Positions 47,730-59,840 of a stretch of DNA of 64,000 bases are shown here, piece after piece. The notes beneath the pieces are model-generated. The model searched no databases, was not told the DNA's origin, and saw only the letters and a program-made list of their open reading frames with translations. The position numbers and the translations under genes were made by a program. The stretch lies in contig MU004238.1 in the NCBI GenBank assembly GCA_010405405.1, forward strand, positions 693,530 to 757,529, given 5' to 3'. Numbering within the stretch: the first letter of the stretch is position 1; every line of letters starts with the position of its first letter. This stretch comes from Microthyrium microscopicum (lineage: Eukaryota).

Positions 47730-50169
47730 ATGGCTGCGTCTCACTCTCACCGTTCGACGACCAAAGTCGGCCACAAGGCCTTCAAGTCCCGCCATTCCAC
47801 CAAGTCCGAGCTGCGCGATCGTTCCAAGGGAAAAATAGAAAAGCCCAGCCGCCAGACTCGTTCACAACATGTTCTCTCCAAACTTGATCGCCGAAATCAA
47901 GCAAAGCAACGTCGAGTCAATGCACACGCCGCACATGTCAAGGCTAGCAGTGTCTTTGCGGGGCGCGAGGGAGCACCGCGAATCATTGCTGTGGTACCAC
48001 TGGGAACTAATGTCAATGTGAAAGAAGCGGCGCGACAATTAGCAGAAAGCGTTGAAGCTGTTGATGCCGTGGAGGAAGGTGCGGGCGTACGGCGAGTGTT
48101 TGTTGAGCGATTCAAGCAGAATGTGGCATATCTCCTGGTGGAGCGGGAACTGTTCGCCGTGCTAGATGCATGTCGAATGGCGGATTTCGTGGTGTGGGTG
48201 CTAGATTCGGGAGAGGAAGTCGATGAGACTGGTGTGACATTATTGAGGGCAGTGGAAAGTCAGGGTATCTCGACAGTTATGGCAGCTGTGCAAGTGAGTT
48301 GGCTTTTTCAAGACCTCGATCAATTGCTAACATTCATAGAATCTGGACTCGTTAGATTCATCGAAGAAAAAGATTCAGACTTTGGCGACACTCAAATCGT
48401 TCATGACACACTTCTTTCCCGCGATCGAGAAGGTCAATTCTTTAGACTCGAGCCAAGAATGCCAAAACGTTATGCGAGTGCTGTGCACCACAAATCCGAA
48501 GGGAATATACTGGCGAGAGGATCGAAGTTGGATGATGGTAGAAGACGTTCGGTGGTCTGGTGGCAAGGCTGTTGACAATCCGGATGGCACTCAGGATGTC
48601 ATCATTACGGGCGTGGTCCGTGGCAAAGGCTTAAAGGCCGATCGGCTCGTTCAAGTAGGAGACTGGGGTGATTTTCAAATAGATAAGATCCTGGCAGCGC
48701 CACTGCCAAAAGCCAAAAAGATGAGAGGAGACAATATGGCCATTGATGCAGAAGGCGACGGGGAGATTCTTGAAATCCCCACAGATGATCAAGATGATCT
48801 TGCTGAGTTGGCTCCGGAAGAAGTGGTAATGGAAGGATTCGATCGTGGCACCATGGCAACCTCAACAAGAAAAGGAGTTCTTATAGACGATCATCACTAT
48901 TATTCGGACGAAGACGAGGAGGAACTCATCACTAAGCCTAGACGATTACCTCGAGGTACTTCAGACTATCAAGCGGCATGGTATCTTGGAGACATGTCCG
49001 ATTCAGGATCGGACATGGAGGATGTGGAAGATGTAGACATGGGTTTTGAAGGCCCGTCAAACAATCCAGCTGATGGACCCGTGGACATTGATATGCGAGA
49101 TCCTACAGAAGCCGGTGGAACAGAGTATCCGCAGTCAGAAGCTTTTCAAGATCCTTCACCGGAAGACGAAGCAGAGCAAATCGCTTCATACCGAAAACAG
49201 CGACATGAAGAAGCTGAAGAAGATCTAGAATTTCCAGATGAAATCGAATTACCTCCAAATGTGCTGGCTCGCGATAGACTTGCAAGATATCGCGGTCTAA
49301 AGAATCTGCGTACCAGTATTTGGGACACTGAAGAAGACAAATTACATCAACCGGAAGAATGGCAACGGCTTCTGGAAGTTGCCAACTACAAGGCTACCAA
49401 AAATAAGATCATCAAGGATGCCCAGTTTGGCGGCGTACCGCCAGGAATGCGAGTGCATGTACATCTCAAAGGAGTACCATCTTCATTACAGGATTCTCAT
49501 AATAAGGACAGACCTCTGGCTATGTACTCACTTTTGCGTCACGAGCACAAGAGAACTGCGGTAAACTTTAGCATCCTTCTTAGCTCGGATCTGGAGAAGC
49601 CGCTTCGATCAAAAGAAGAGATCATTCTGCAATGTGGCCCTCGACGCTTCATCATCAACCCATTATTCTCCGACCAGGGCAACACACCCAACAACGTTCA
49701 CAAGTTCAAGAGATATCTCCATCCTGGCCAGGCAGGTGTAGCTTCTTTCATTGGACCACTTACCTGGGGCTCTGTGCCAGTCCTCTACTTCAAAGCAGCC
49801 TCTTCGGAGATGGAGACAGACTTTGCACTACACAAGCCTTTCGAATTCATCGGCACTGGAACATCACTTCCTCCTTCGCACAACCGTGTCATTGCCAAAA
49901 GAATTATACTCTCTGGCCATCCCTTCAAAATCAACAAGCGCGTCGTTACTATTCGATACATGTTCTTCAATACCGAAGATATTGCATGGTTTAAAGCGCT
50001 TCGCTTATGGACCAAGCGAGGCAGAAGCGGTTATATCAAGGAGAGTCTGGGAACGCATGGTTATTTCAAGGCTACGTTTGATGGAAAGATTAATCCTATG
50101 GATTCGGTTTCTCTTAGCTTGTACAAGAGAGTGTGGCCTAGACAGGCACGAGTATTGACTCACTGTTAG
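47730..50169 (+). CDS. TSR1: Pre-40S assembly factor Tsr1 (AARP2CN + RIBIOP_C); intron 48294-48339
   Basis: MAASHSHRSTTKVGHKAFKSRH, KLDRRNQAKQ, PRGTSDYQAAW, FPDEIEL, RLARYRGLK, GYIKESLGTHGYFKATFD, LYKRVWP. Confidence 0.96.
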
Positions 50170-50205
50170 ATTCAAAAAAATGCCGAGCCTCCTTATTTGA
50201 TCTAT

Positions 50206-51776
50206 TCAAGTAAAATATCTACAATAAGTCGGCCCAAACAATGATGTATCACGAGGACCAGCGGGGCTAGTAATAGCTTCCCAACGCCAACACCCGGCAC
50301 TTAGCCAAGGACATGATAATTCGATTGCCTGGATAAAGTGGTCTTTGGTTCCCAAGTCGGCTTCGCGTGGCACCGTCACACACAAGTTCTTCAATGATTT
50401 GGATTTCATGAGAAGTGGAACCAGTATCTGGAAAGGTGTGGGTATGTCCAACGGAGTACCATTCGTCTCTACAATGCCGTAGCAAGGCGAGAACATGAGT
50501 TCCAACTTCTCCAAAGCCAACACATCACAGCTGGCTTGAAGTGCTGTGCATATTGTGAGCATATCGCGTCTAGAGTATTCTGAGCCGCGTGTACCGCGAA
50601 GCAGAAGTGATTTAAGCTGAAAGCCAGGTAAACGCGGAATCAGTTCTGCAAAGCCTTTTGATCCTGGGGCCGTTAGATGGAGTTCAGTCAGATGTTGAAG
50701 TCGTGTGGGAGGAAGAAGACCCCAAGAAATTTGCTGATAGTTGACATGTAACCTTAGATTCCTTAGATTCTGTCGTTTTAACACTGTCTCTCTCAACCAT
50801 TTGGGTGCTTCTTCATTCATCTTGAATTCTTCCAGGCAGCCTAGCTTCGGTCAGTCTCAGATATTTCAACTGATGGTCGTTCACGGCAACATCATCTCAG
50901 TTTCTGCCCATATCGCTTCATACATGTTTAAAGGATACCCAAGCAAGCATAGGAAGGGATAGACCAGATTGCTAACAATTGTCACGGCTCAGACTAGAAG
51001 AAAACTTTCTGATATGAAAGCGCAGATATGTTAAGAGAATGCGACATACCGTCACTCTGTAGAAGCAATTGCTTCAATTCTTCATGCACCGCGGTGCACC
51101 CTGCTGGCAGATGATTGAAGCACCAATCATCCATCAAAGAGAATGATGTCAAATGGGCTGGCGCATTTCGCAGAATCCTAAGCCCGTCGGTTATTTGTTG
51201 TGCCTGGAGTTCTGATCCCATAAGACTGCGCATCCCGCTAATGTATAGTCGATTTACATGGTTTGAGAAGAAAGGTACCGTATTCTGGAAGGTATGAAAT
51301 GGATCCCATGTGAAACAGAGTTCTCTGAGATTGGGAAGCCAGTCAGATGATAGTGGCCGAATAGCGAGCATTCGCTCTAAAGCCTGGTTGGCATCTCCTG
51401 TGTCTATAGTGCGAAGGGCTGTCACTCGAGGCGCATAATAGTCGAATCGGGACCAGTCCTGTGCTGTCATTGATCTGTTGAAGTTTATAATCAACCTCCC
51501 AGGCCTCGAACCATGGCCTTTAAAGTTTACAAGGTCAACCGGAAACAGCCTCAAGAGGATGTCAAGTCTCCAGACGACCTTCCACATCACATTCAGTGCT
51601 GGTTCCAGGAAGCATCTTGACACCAGGGCCACTTTGAGCCAGTCTCGATTTTGCTCACTTCTAATACGCTCGCTTTGATGTTTCCAAAGAGGGTGAGGAT
51701 TTGGCTGGCACGGAAATTGTTCAATAATAGAGTAGCATATTTCTGGCAATGAGAGAGCTCGTTGGGAGGCAGTCAT
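50206..51776 (-). CDS. F-box-like / LRR-like protein, tandem paralog A; intron 50841-51049
   Basis: MTASQRALSLPEICYSI...VALVSRCFLEPALNVMW...DWSRFDYYAPRVTAL...WLPNLREL. The GTATGT..CTGAC..TAG intron joins SDG|CLEEFKMNE. The C-terminal CPWLSAGCWRWE is shared with paralog B. Confidence 0.82.
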
Positions 51777-51994
51777 TATTTCGGACAAGAAAGGAATATA
51801 AGTTCAGCCAGCCAGCTGAAGAGGTGGGGTTTTGGTAACGTTATGGTGAACTTTTCAAACCGGTTTTGTGTCGTTTTGGTACTAAACATCCGCCGTCGTT
51901 TGGCAGATGATACATGAAAAGCTGAAAATGATTGGCCAAATAGTAAATGGACCTTGACAACGTACCGCAACTAACTGAAACTTCAGATGTAAGG

Positions 51995-53470
51995 CTAGTC
52001 ATAATCAAAGTCAGAATCATAGTATGGTACTCTGGCTCTCTCATATGATAGAAAGCGGTCAGCTTCAGATTCCCACCTTCCACCATCTAGCCATGGACAG
52101 GTCACTGCTACTTGTTCCAGAAACTCGACACTGCCCAAAGCGCAGCCTACAGGGAAAAGAACTGTCATTTTTGTGAGGGCTTTCCAGCTGCTCATGTGCG
52201 AGAGGAGCAATTCGTATAGCTTAGGCTCATTGGGCTCGGTCACCGCCGAATCGTCGGCTCCCATACTTGTCTGATTGTTGTTTGTTGTAGCCGTTGTACT
52301 TATCAGAGTAGCGCCAGCAGCTTTGAAAACGAATTCCTCGAGTGCTGAAAGATTGCAGTTTTGGCTCAGTTCGCTCAACAGCGTAGCAAACTCAGTGTTC
52401 GAATAAGCACGGCTGACATGAAAGGACAGTGCATGAAGATGAGCACCTCGTAGCATGGGAGTGAAGTCGATCAACTCCGACAAATTGTTCCAACGAAGCT
52501 CCAGGTCTTTCAATTTCTTGAAGCTCGCTATTTCAGAAGGTAGATGAAAGATGTCGTTGATTTGGCGAGGTATATCAAGCCGAAGCAGCTCAAGGCCTGG
52601 ATGCTTCAAAACCTCGTATTGTAAGTCAGTAGACACTGATTCATCATAGGCAAAGTGCCGTAGAGAGCCTTTCTTGACTAATGATACGACCTCCTTAGTC
52701 ACAAGATTCCATTCGTCTGTGTGGCGTTGTAAGCGTTCTGGTGGCTCCATGCTAATGCATCGAATCTTTGGACCTTGCTTGTTGAGTAACTTGAGCGTTT
52801 GTGCGAGCTTGGCATAGAATTTATAGTTCAACTTATCCGCTTCAATCTTGAAATCTTTAATTTGACTGGAGAAGAAAATCTTTCCCAAGCCAAATGGTTG
52901 TTGAATCGAGATATCCTGGATCCATAGCCCTTCGAGTCTGGGAAGCCATGATGTTGGCTCTCGCAAGGCCGACATTTCTTTGATTATATGTTTATGGTGT
53001 GGATTTTGTGGTGCCTCATGTCTTTGCTCCTTAATCCTGAGCCATTTTACCCGACTTGCGTAGTAGTCAAACCGAATCCAGTCGTCGATTGTCACCTTCC
53101 GTCTTTTGACTTGGCGAACATACTATTTGCGATTTAGCCCTCACATCCTGAATATGTTGCTTTGCATAGAAGGCCTTACTGGATCACCTTTGTTGAAGGG
53201 GTGTGTCCCAAATACGGCGAAGGGGAATCGACGTATTAGCTCATCGAATGTGACTGATTCCCAAATAGCATCTAGTGCAGGTTCTAAGAAATATTTGGAC
53301 ACCAAACCGACTTGTAATATGTCTTTCAGCGAACGTGGGCGACGGTCCAGTCGTCGCTCTATTTCAAGGGCCTCAATGCTGAAAAGAGGGGGTAATTTGA
53401 GTTGATCAACAATCAGGCAGCATAGTTCCGGTAGCTGTAGCACTCGTTGAGCTGCAGTCGTGTCTTTCAT
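51995..53470 (-). CDS. F-box-like / LRR-like protein, tandem paralog B; probable 42-nt intron 53103-53144
   Basis: MKDTTAAQRVLQLPELCCLI...VGLVSKYFLEPALDAIW...DWIRFDYYASRVKWL...WLPRLEGL...CPWLDGGRWESE. A GTGAGG..AAG intron removes in-frame stops, but its branch point is weak. Confidence 0.8.
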
Positions 53471-55054
53471 GATGAGTGGAGAGATTTGTTGATGGTGAGT
53501 TGGTTTAAGGAAAAGGGGACAAAAAGCAGTTCAGCCGTCCCAGCCTAATGAAGCATGCAACCAATCAAAGATCTCGTCAGCCTTGTAGGTCCCACGAAGC
53601 AGCCTTCTCTCAATTTCGAGTCACAGTCCGGCAATATACCTTTTAAATCACAAAAAGTGTATATCAGCAGGCTATTATCATTGCGCGCTTGTGATATTAC
53701 AGTCTTACGGGGGTACTCTGTAAAGGCCAAACTACCAGACCTGATCAGAGATTGCAGAGCACTATGCCTACCTACTTTAACGTCTTGAAGCCAAAACGGG
53801 CCAATAAAAGACTTGCAGCAGTAGACGTCGAGAGCCTAGATCAAATCTTTTCAACAGACCAATTAAGGAGACGACAGATCTCAGTTGAAAAACCTACCGC
53901 CAGTATGTCATGATGATCAGGTCACTGGTATGGGACGAAGGGACACAATGAATAAAAGTCATTTACATAAGTATGGCCCTCTCGGATTGAAAGAAAGTAC
54001 ATGCCAATGTTACCCCTTGTTTAACAAAGCACACGTACGTCGAACACCCCACATGGGCAGCTAAATACTCGATATCACTGTGGGAGAGACAATCGTAATC
54101 ATACCTTAGCAAAATTATAGTTCCGTCCATACGTTCCTCGTAGCCGAGGCCGCATATAGCATTGCTCACAAATTGTTAGGGAGCTCCTGGCCAGAGTTTT
54201 GAATGCAAATATCACAGCCCGAGTACGATAAATGACAAGCTACCGAAAAGATGCGAAAGGCTTCATTGAACGAGAATTATCCACTGTTATCACACGTGGT
54301 GACATGGGCCAGGATATGATTATCTTTGCAAGGTTTAGATAGCACTAGGTACCTTTGTAGAGCCTCGCATATTTTGACATGGTAGTTTCTATCAACGATT
54401 CAGCGCCAAATATCGCGGCAAATTCCATGATTACCCGTATCTGGCGAGACCTTGCAATTGCATATGGAAAGCTCGCGAGGATGCAATAAAGAAACGAGAC
54501 TATTGATATCGATGGTACGAGCTCGAACCAAGACATTACATTGTTCTAATGCATGAGTCCAACATATACATCAGCTCTCGATTTCCTCTCATATACTGAT
54601 CCGTTATTAAGCTATAAACTATACGTTCCGTGGACTCACGAGGCTATTTTAAACCACTACTTTAACCCAAGTAGCCTTATCTTTTGACAGCGGGAACCAG
54701 GGCTCACGCCGCTGATCTCGGGCAATTTTTTATTAATCCAATAATCCCGTCATTGACACGATGTGCACAGGGATGTGTTGGACCATCACACCATGCATAT
54801 ACGAGAATTTGTTGATCTTGATTGAAAATGACGACAGAGTAAGTAAAGTCACAGTGGGCGTTTTACTTTACTCTTTTCTTGAGCATGGTGTCTTGTTCTT
54901 TTGCCGCGATTCGGTCGGTAATTACCGCATTTCACGGTACGTCGCTTAAACGCATGAATGCCTTATTATTGCGACATGGCGTTGGCCAATGTAGCATTTT
55001 GTACAGAGGATAGGCGAAAACACTCCACGTCTTTACAAGGTTTAATTTGGATTA

Positions 55055-55278
55055 CACCCAGATGTAGAATGTGCTTGCGTTTTTGACACCCCCTCATATA
55101 TTGGATTCACAGTTATCGACCAATCATAAAAGAATAGCATCTAGTTTTGTACGGTAGAGCTCTGTCTTAGGTCCCAATTTTTCAAATCTCTATGCTTAGC
55201 GAGCTATGATTGGTTGATATCTGTGAATTCAATATATGAGGGGGTGTCAAAAACGCAAGCACATTCTACATCTAGGTG
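55055..55278. mobile_element. Non-autonomous Tc1/mariner-type MITE (224 bp) with 74-bp TIRs and TA target-site duplication
   Basis: 55055-55128 and 55205-55278 are reverse complements at 70/74 positions. TA at 55053-54 and 55279-80; 76-bp non-coding spacer. Confidence 0.88.
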
Positions 55279-55283
55279 TAATA

Positions 55284-57633
55284 TCATTGGGAAGATTTGC
55301 CATCTTCTTGGTGATATCGTCTATGTGAGTCCATGACCCAGGCTGGCATCAAAGAGCCACAGTCTAAACAGCGTTCCATTGATTCTGACTCCGAGCCATC
55401 TCCATCCGAGTTCCAGTCGTCGAACACTTCAGAAGATTGGGACAATGGTATAGCATCCTCGGAGCCATCGTGTGGTAGCGAAGGTATGTTTGGTAGTTCG
55501 TTGTTATCTTCGGGGAATTCTTGAGCTTCTAAAGTCTCGTCAATTCGAAAAGCACTGAGAACAGCATCCTGGTTTTTGAACATCTTGGAGATGTCTCGCC
55601 CTGCGGCAGCTTTACCTTCGCCAGCGCCAAGTTGCATATTGGCTACGGCAACATTAATCAAGCTGAGATCCCATCCCTTCTTCTGCGGATGAAGTTCTCG
55701 GAACATAGGCAGGATATTCTCTCCCACAAGGCGGTCTGCAAGATCATCAATCGACTCACTCGCATCGAAGATAAAGTTGGGCACTCCAGTCGATCGTGAA
55801 ATCCGTCCAAAGGATTTCGGCCGACTCCCATCAATGACTGCACGCGGACGAGTAGACAGACGAAGAGTCTTCGGTTTAGCCAACCAACTCACACTCGTCG
55901 TAGTCTCTGCCGTCCCCGACTCCTCTTCCATCGTCTCGAGAAGATCAGTCCTCATCCGCTGAATGAGACTACTCGACAACTTGACCATCTCCTCAATAGC
56001 TCTTTCCAGCGTATTCAACTGCCGATAACTATCCTCAATCGAAATCTGCGTCGGCACCACCCGCGCCTGCGAAACTTCAGATTCGTCAACTCCATGAATT
56101 AACCGCCACACCAGACCACCCACGCCCTTCGGCGCTCCCGGACCTGTAAGCAGTCTCTCAAGCGTCGCCTCATTCACGCCCGGCATGCTACGCAGTTCCC
56201 GCACCAAGACTTGATCGCTAGCTTCTATAGTCCAGTCGATGACATCGAAGTTTTTCTGGCGAACATGTTCGCGGAGCTTATGAGCCATTTTGAAGCCGAT
56301 GCCAGGCACTTTACCAATCTCATGTGGATCCATGAACTGCGTGACACTACTCAAACTGCCATCGTGCGCGACATATGGCGGCAGTAATGTCGTCTGATCA
56401 CGCGGCTTGTGGATATTGCCTGCGAGTTTGCTAAGCAGCTTAGAGGTCGAGATACCAGCAGTGCAGGTGTAGCCGTTTTGCTCGAGGTGTTGGCGTATAT
56501 GTTGCACGAGATGCGAGCCTAGCTGTAGGCGTAGCATAAGGCGCTTATCATTGCTGTCGGCTAGCTGAGAGTAGGAGGTCGATGAGGCTGGCTTGGCAGG
56601 GAATGATTCGCCTGATAGAGTTGAAGCATCGTAGCTGAAGCCATGAGTCGGGTCGGTCTTGGATAGGTGAAAGAATGATGATTGTAGATTGGTTTCGTTG
56701 AGAAGTTCTAGGTTGTAGTCGACGATATCTGTTGCATCGATAAAGACCTGTGGCCGAATCAGTATACCAGTCTATAGCAGACATAATGTAGATCATAAAC
56801 AGTCAAGCATTCAAAGACATGTGCTTGTTTGTAATCATCATTATAACAGCGATATGCTGTTTTCTGTTTCTTGCGATAAAGATACAGATAACTCACCTCG
56901 TCTAATCCAAGTCGTTCCACCTGTCCATTCCAGGAGTAGTTTATTCGAACAAGATTGTATAGTTCCTTCGATACATCCCGGAATTGAGTCAAATCTTCAC
57001 CTAAATTGGAATCTAAGCCACTATCCAAGAAACATGTTCATGACTAGACGTGCATATATTGCTAGGCAATATGGTTCAAGAGTCCATAAGATCTGCTGCA
57101 AAGGGTCGGGGAATTTTTCTGATGCTTGGACATACCTAACACGATAATAACCTCAGGGCAAGTCTTCTTTGCTTCCGAAATAAGTTGTAGTTTACGCAGA
57201 CCCTAATAGGAAAGTCTCAGTCGATCCTATACTTAGAATAGGCCCCAACAGCAGGGTTTACGGCTTTTTGGAGAGCACGTACCCTTCGGCGAGCCTCATA
57301 ATTACAGGTCACTATAATCTATTCATGAACGTTATCTGGTGAGCCCAAGCGTTGGTTCTAGAGTCGGGCATGCGGACCTGTTTTTGTTGGACTCCTAGAG
57401 GCTTGCCTTTGAGCTCAGGATATTGGTTCTCAATGACGGAGGCGTAGAAGCAGTCGTAGTCCTAGACTCAATAAGGCAGAACGCATTTAGTCAGCTCACA
57501 GGATTCTTCTGGGGCGAAAAGCGCAGGGCTTGTTGGAAGCAGATGTGGCAGCTTGGAGGCTTTGAAATGGTTTCACAACAACGCTTACCAGGTGAAGAAT
57601 GATGCGCTCAGTCTTGGGGGCTGGAAGCGGCAT
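55284..57633 (-). CDS. Y-family translesion DNA polymerase (iota-like); introns 57462-57588, 57319-57377, 57203-57282, 57001-57135, 56748-56896
   Basis: Spliced IILHL|DYDCFYASV, PLGVQQKQ|IIVTCNYEARRR|GLRKL, CPEV, ERLGLDE|VFID, TAGISTSKLLSKLA, KVPGIG. C-terminal CxxC...HxxxH UBZ-like finger. Most 5' exons are absent from the ORF track. Confidence 0.92.
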
Positions 57634-59840
57634 TTGGGGGCAAGATGATTAGGCATATCATCCACGGACGATGGAAAAATTATTCGGTAGATATCGGATC
57701 CAAGGTTTGCTTTGATATTTCGAATGGAGGCACGGAAGATGTTGAAGCAACTTTGAAGTGACTCGACTTGCTGCTGCCAAAATCAACGACCCCACAAACT
57801 GTCGAATTGAACGACCAGTCATATCGATGCCTGGTTGTTTAGGCTTATGAGAGGTATATTTCAGGAAGTAAGAACAAGGTCATAAGTTGAATGCTTATTT
57901 TTGACTCTTATGCCCCTCATCTGAGATTCTGACCTCGTGGAAATGATGACAGTCGGCGTTGAGCCTCTTGATGATCTGTTTGTTTTTGGATCATGACCCA
58001 AATTCAAAAGACGAATATGGAGCAGATGACCCGCGGCAAATTGACGTTCAAATGTTGCACAAGACAACGCTAACAAACCATCAGCTAGAACCAGTCGCGC
58101 TCATATATTTTAGCAATGTATGTTGGAATAAGAAGCTGAAAAGGAGAGTGGTTAGAACGGCGCTGCATAACCGCCACTGAGCCGCTGAAAACGCGCAGCA
58201 GACGAGGTTGACAGCGTTTCCGCATGCATATAGACAGGAGCCCCACCTTGTGATGTTGATTATTGGTGAATAGTGCCTTGAAGTCATTGGTGAGCAAAGT
58301 GATGATGACCTCGAGGGAAGTTGCCCATCAATACCTGATGTGGATTATCGCGGTCAGGGTATCTGTACGTGAATAAGTAGCCCTGTTTTCTACCTAGTTG
58401 GCATTTGTCATGAAAACACTGGCATATATCTCGCAGTAGAAAGGGCAGCAACGGTGTAGATGAATGGTTTTGGCGTCTTTTGGTTCATATGAATTCCTTC
58501 GATGTTGGAATACGAGTTCGCACTGTACGGTACCGGTACATACAAAGGTTAAGGCAAGAATCTTGAAGATTGTTAGAACTTACCGTAGAAGTTAGCGCTG
58601 TTGAAGTGGATAAAGACCGCACAGGTCACAGTTGGGCCCACGAGCCTATCCCATGGTTGAACATGATCCTAGCCGCCCGCTTCTAGACGTGATATAATTA
58701 GATTATTGCCCTTGATTCGGCCAATCGCTATTCGTGACAAGTTAATTCTGGATTTGAAGAAACGCAGTCTGGATTTTCAAAGGAATCCTTCCCGTTTTTA
58801 CTCGGACCCAGCTTCCCTTTTGTGCCTGCCACCATATGTTCTAGCGCTCTTAAACCCGATACTTTTCTATTTTTCAACCACTTTCCCATACCAATCGTCA
58901 GCCAAGTACCATTGTGGCAACCCCTCTTCAACCCATTAATACATCCTACTTTGTTAAAAGTCTGAGCGACGCCAGTTGATCTGTTCACTACTCCAGGGTT
59001 CATTCTACCAACTACACTTAACATTGAGTATGGTAGCCATCAAGATCTCATTTCTCTTTTAAGAATTGATTGCCACTCCTTCCCCCAACTTGCGACCTGA
59101 GGAATTCCAATCGAAGCTACCATCGAAATTCGAAATACGTCTTCTGGCTTTCTTTTTAGAAACCACCCTTTGCAACACTCGGCGCCGATTTAGTCCTAGT
59201 TTCCGTCAACTTGTTACTTTGGGATTCGTATCCCTCATCCAGCCTTGCGCCTCTTTCTTACTCTTGCATGCAACACGAATAGAACTGTTGTACCTAGTCC
59301 TCATCAGTCTTTTGCATAACTCTCAAAAGACGCTAGGTGTCCTCGACAAATAATCCTTGGATTTATACATGAGCGATCGCTCTCGCCCTTGCACCCGCGC
59401 TTGATTAACTTCTTGTTCTCACACCATGATGCTCAAGCCTTGCACGGCCTTGTCCTGATCCGAAGTCACTGTCTTGGAACCCATCCTGGCCTAATCTTCT
59501 GCAGTCTTGTTCCTGCACTTGACCTGCACTGCACATCATCTATCCGGTTGCTCTTTCACATATCTTGCGCGGCTCCCCTCGCACCGCAACACGCAATTCT
59601 GCAAGATCAGTTGCGGCGTCAAAGGCGTTACCTCTCTCCGATTGAGGCGTTAAAGGCCCCGGGGCAACATCAAACATCTGAACGGTTTTTATTGTTCCAA
59701 ACTTAGCTACACCCACAACATCATTGCTTGACCCGGTAATACTTAAAAGGGACATCGGACTGGAATTCTATTATCACACCCTCTTAAACTAATCCTCCTC
59801 CTGGCTTAGACATTGTTTGGCTGGCTACTGGCCATAGCAC

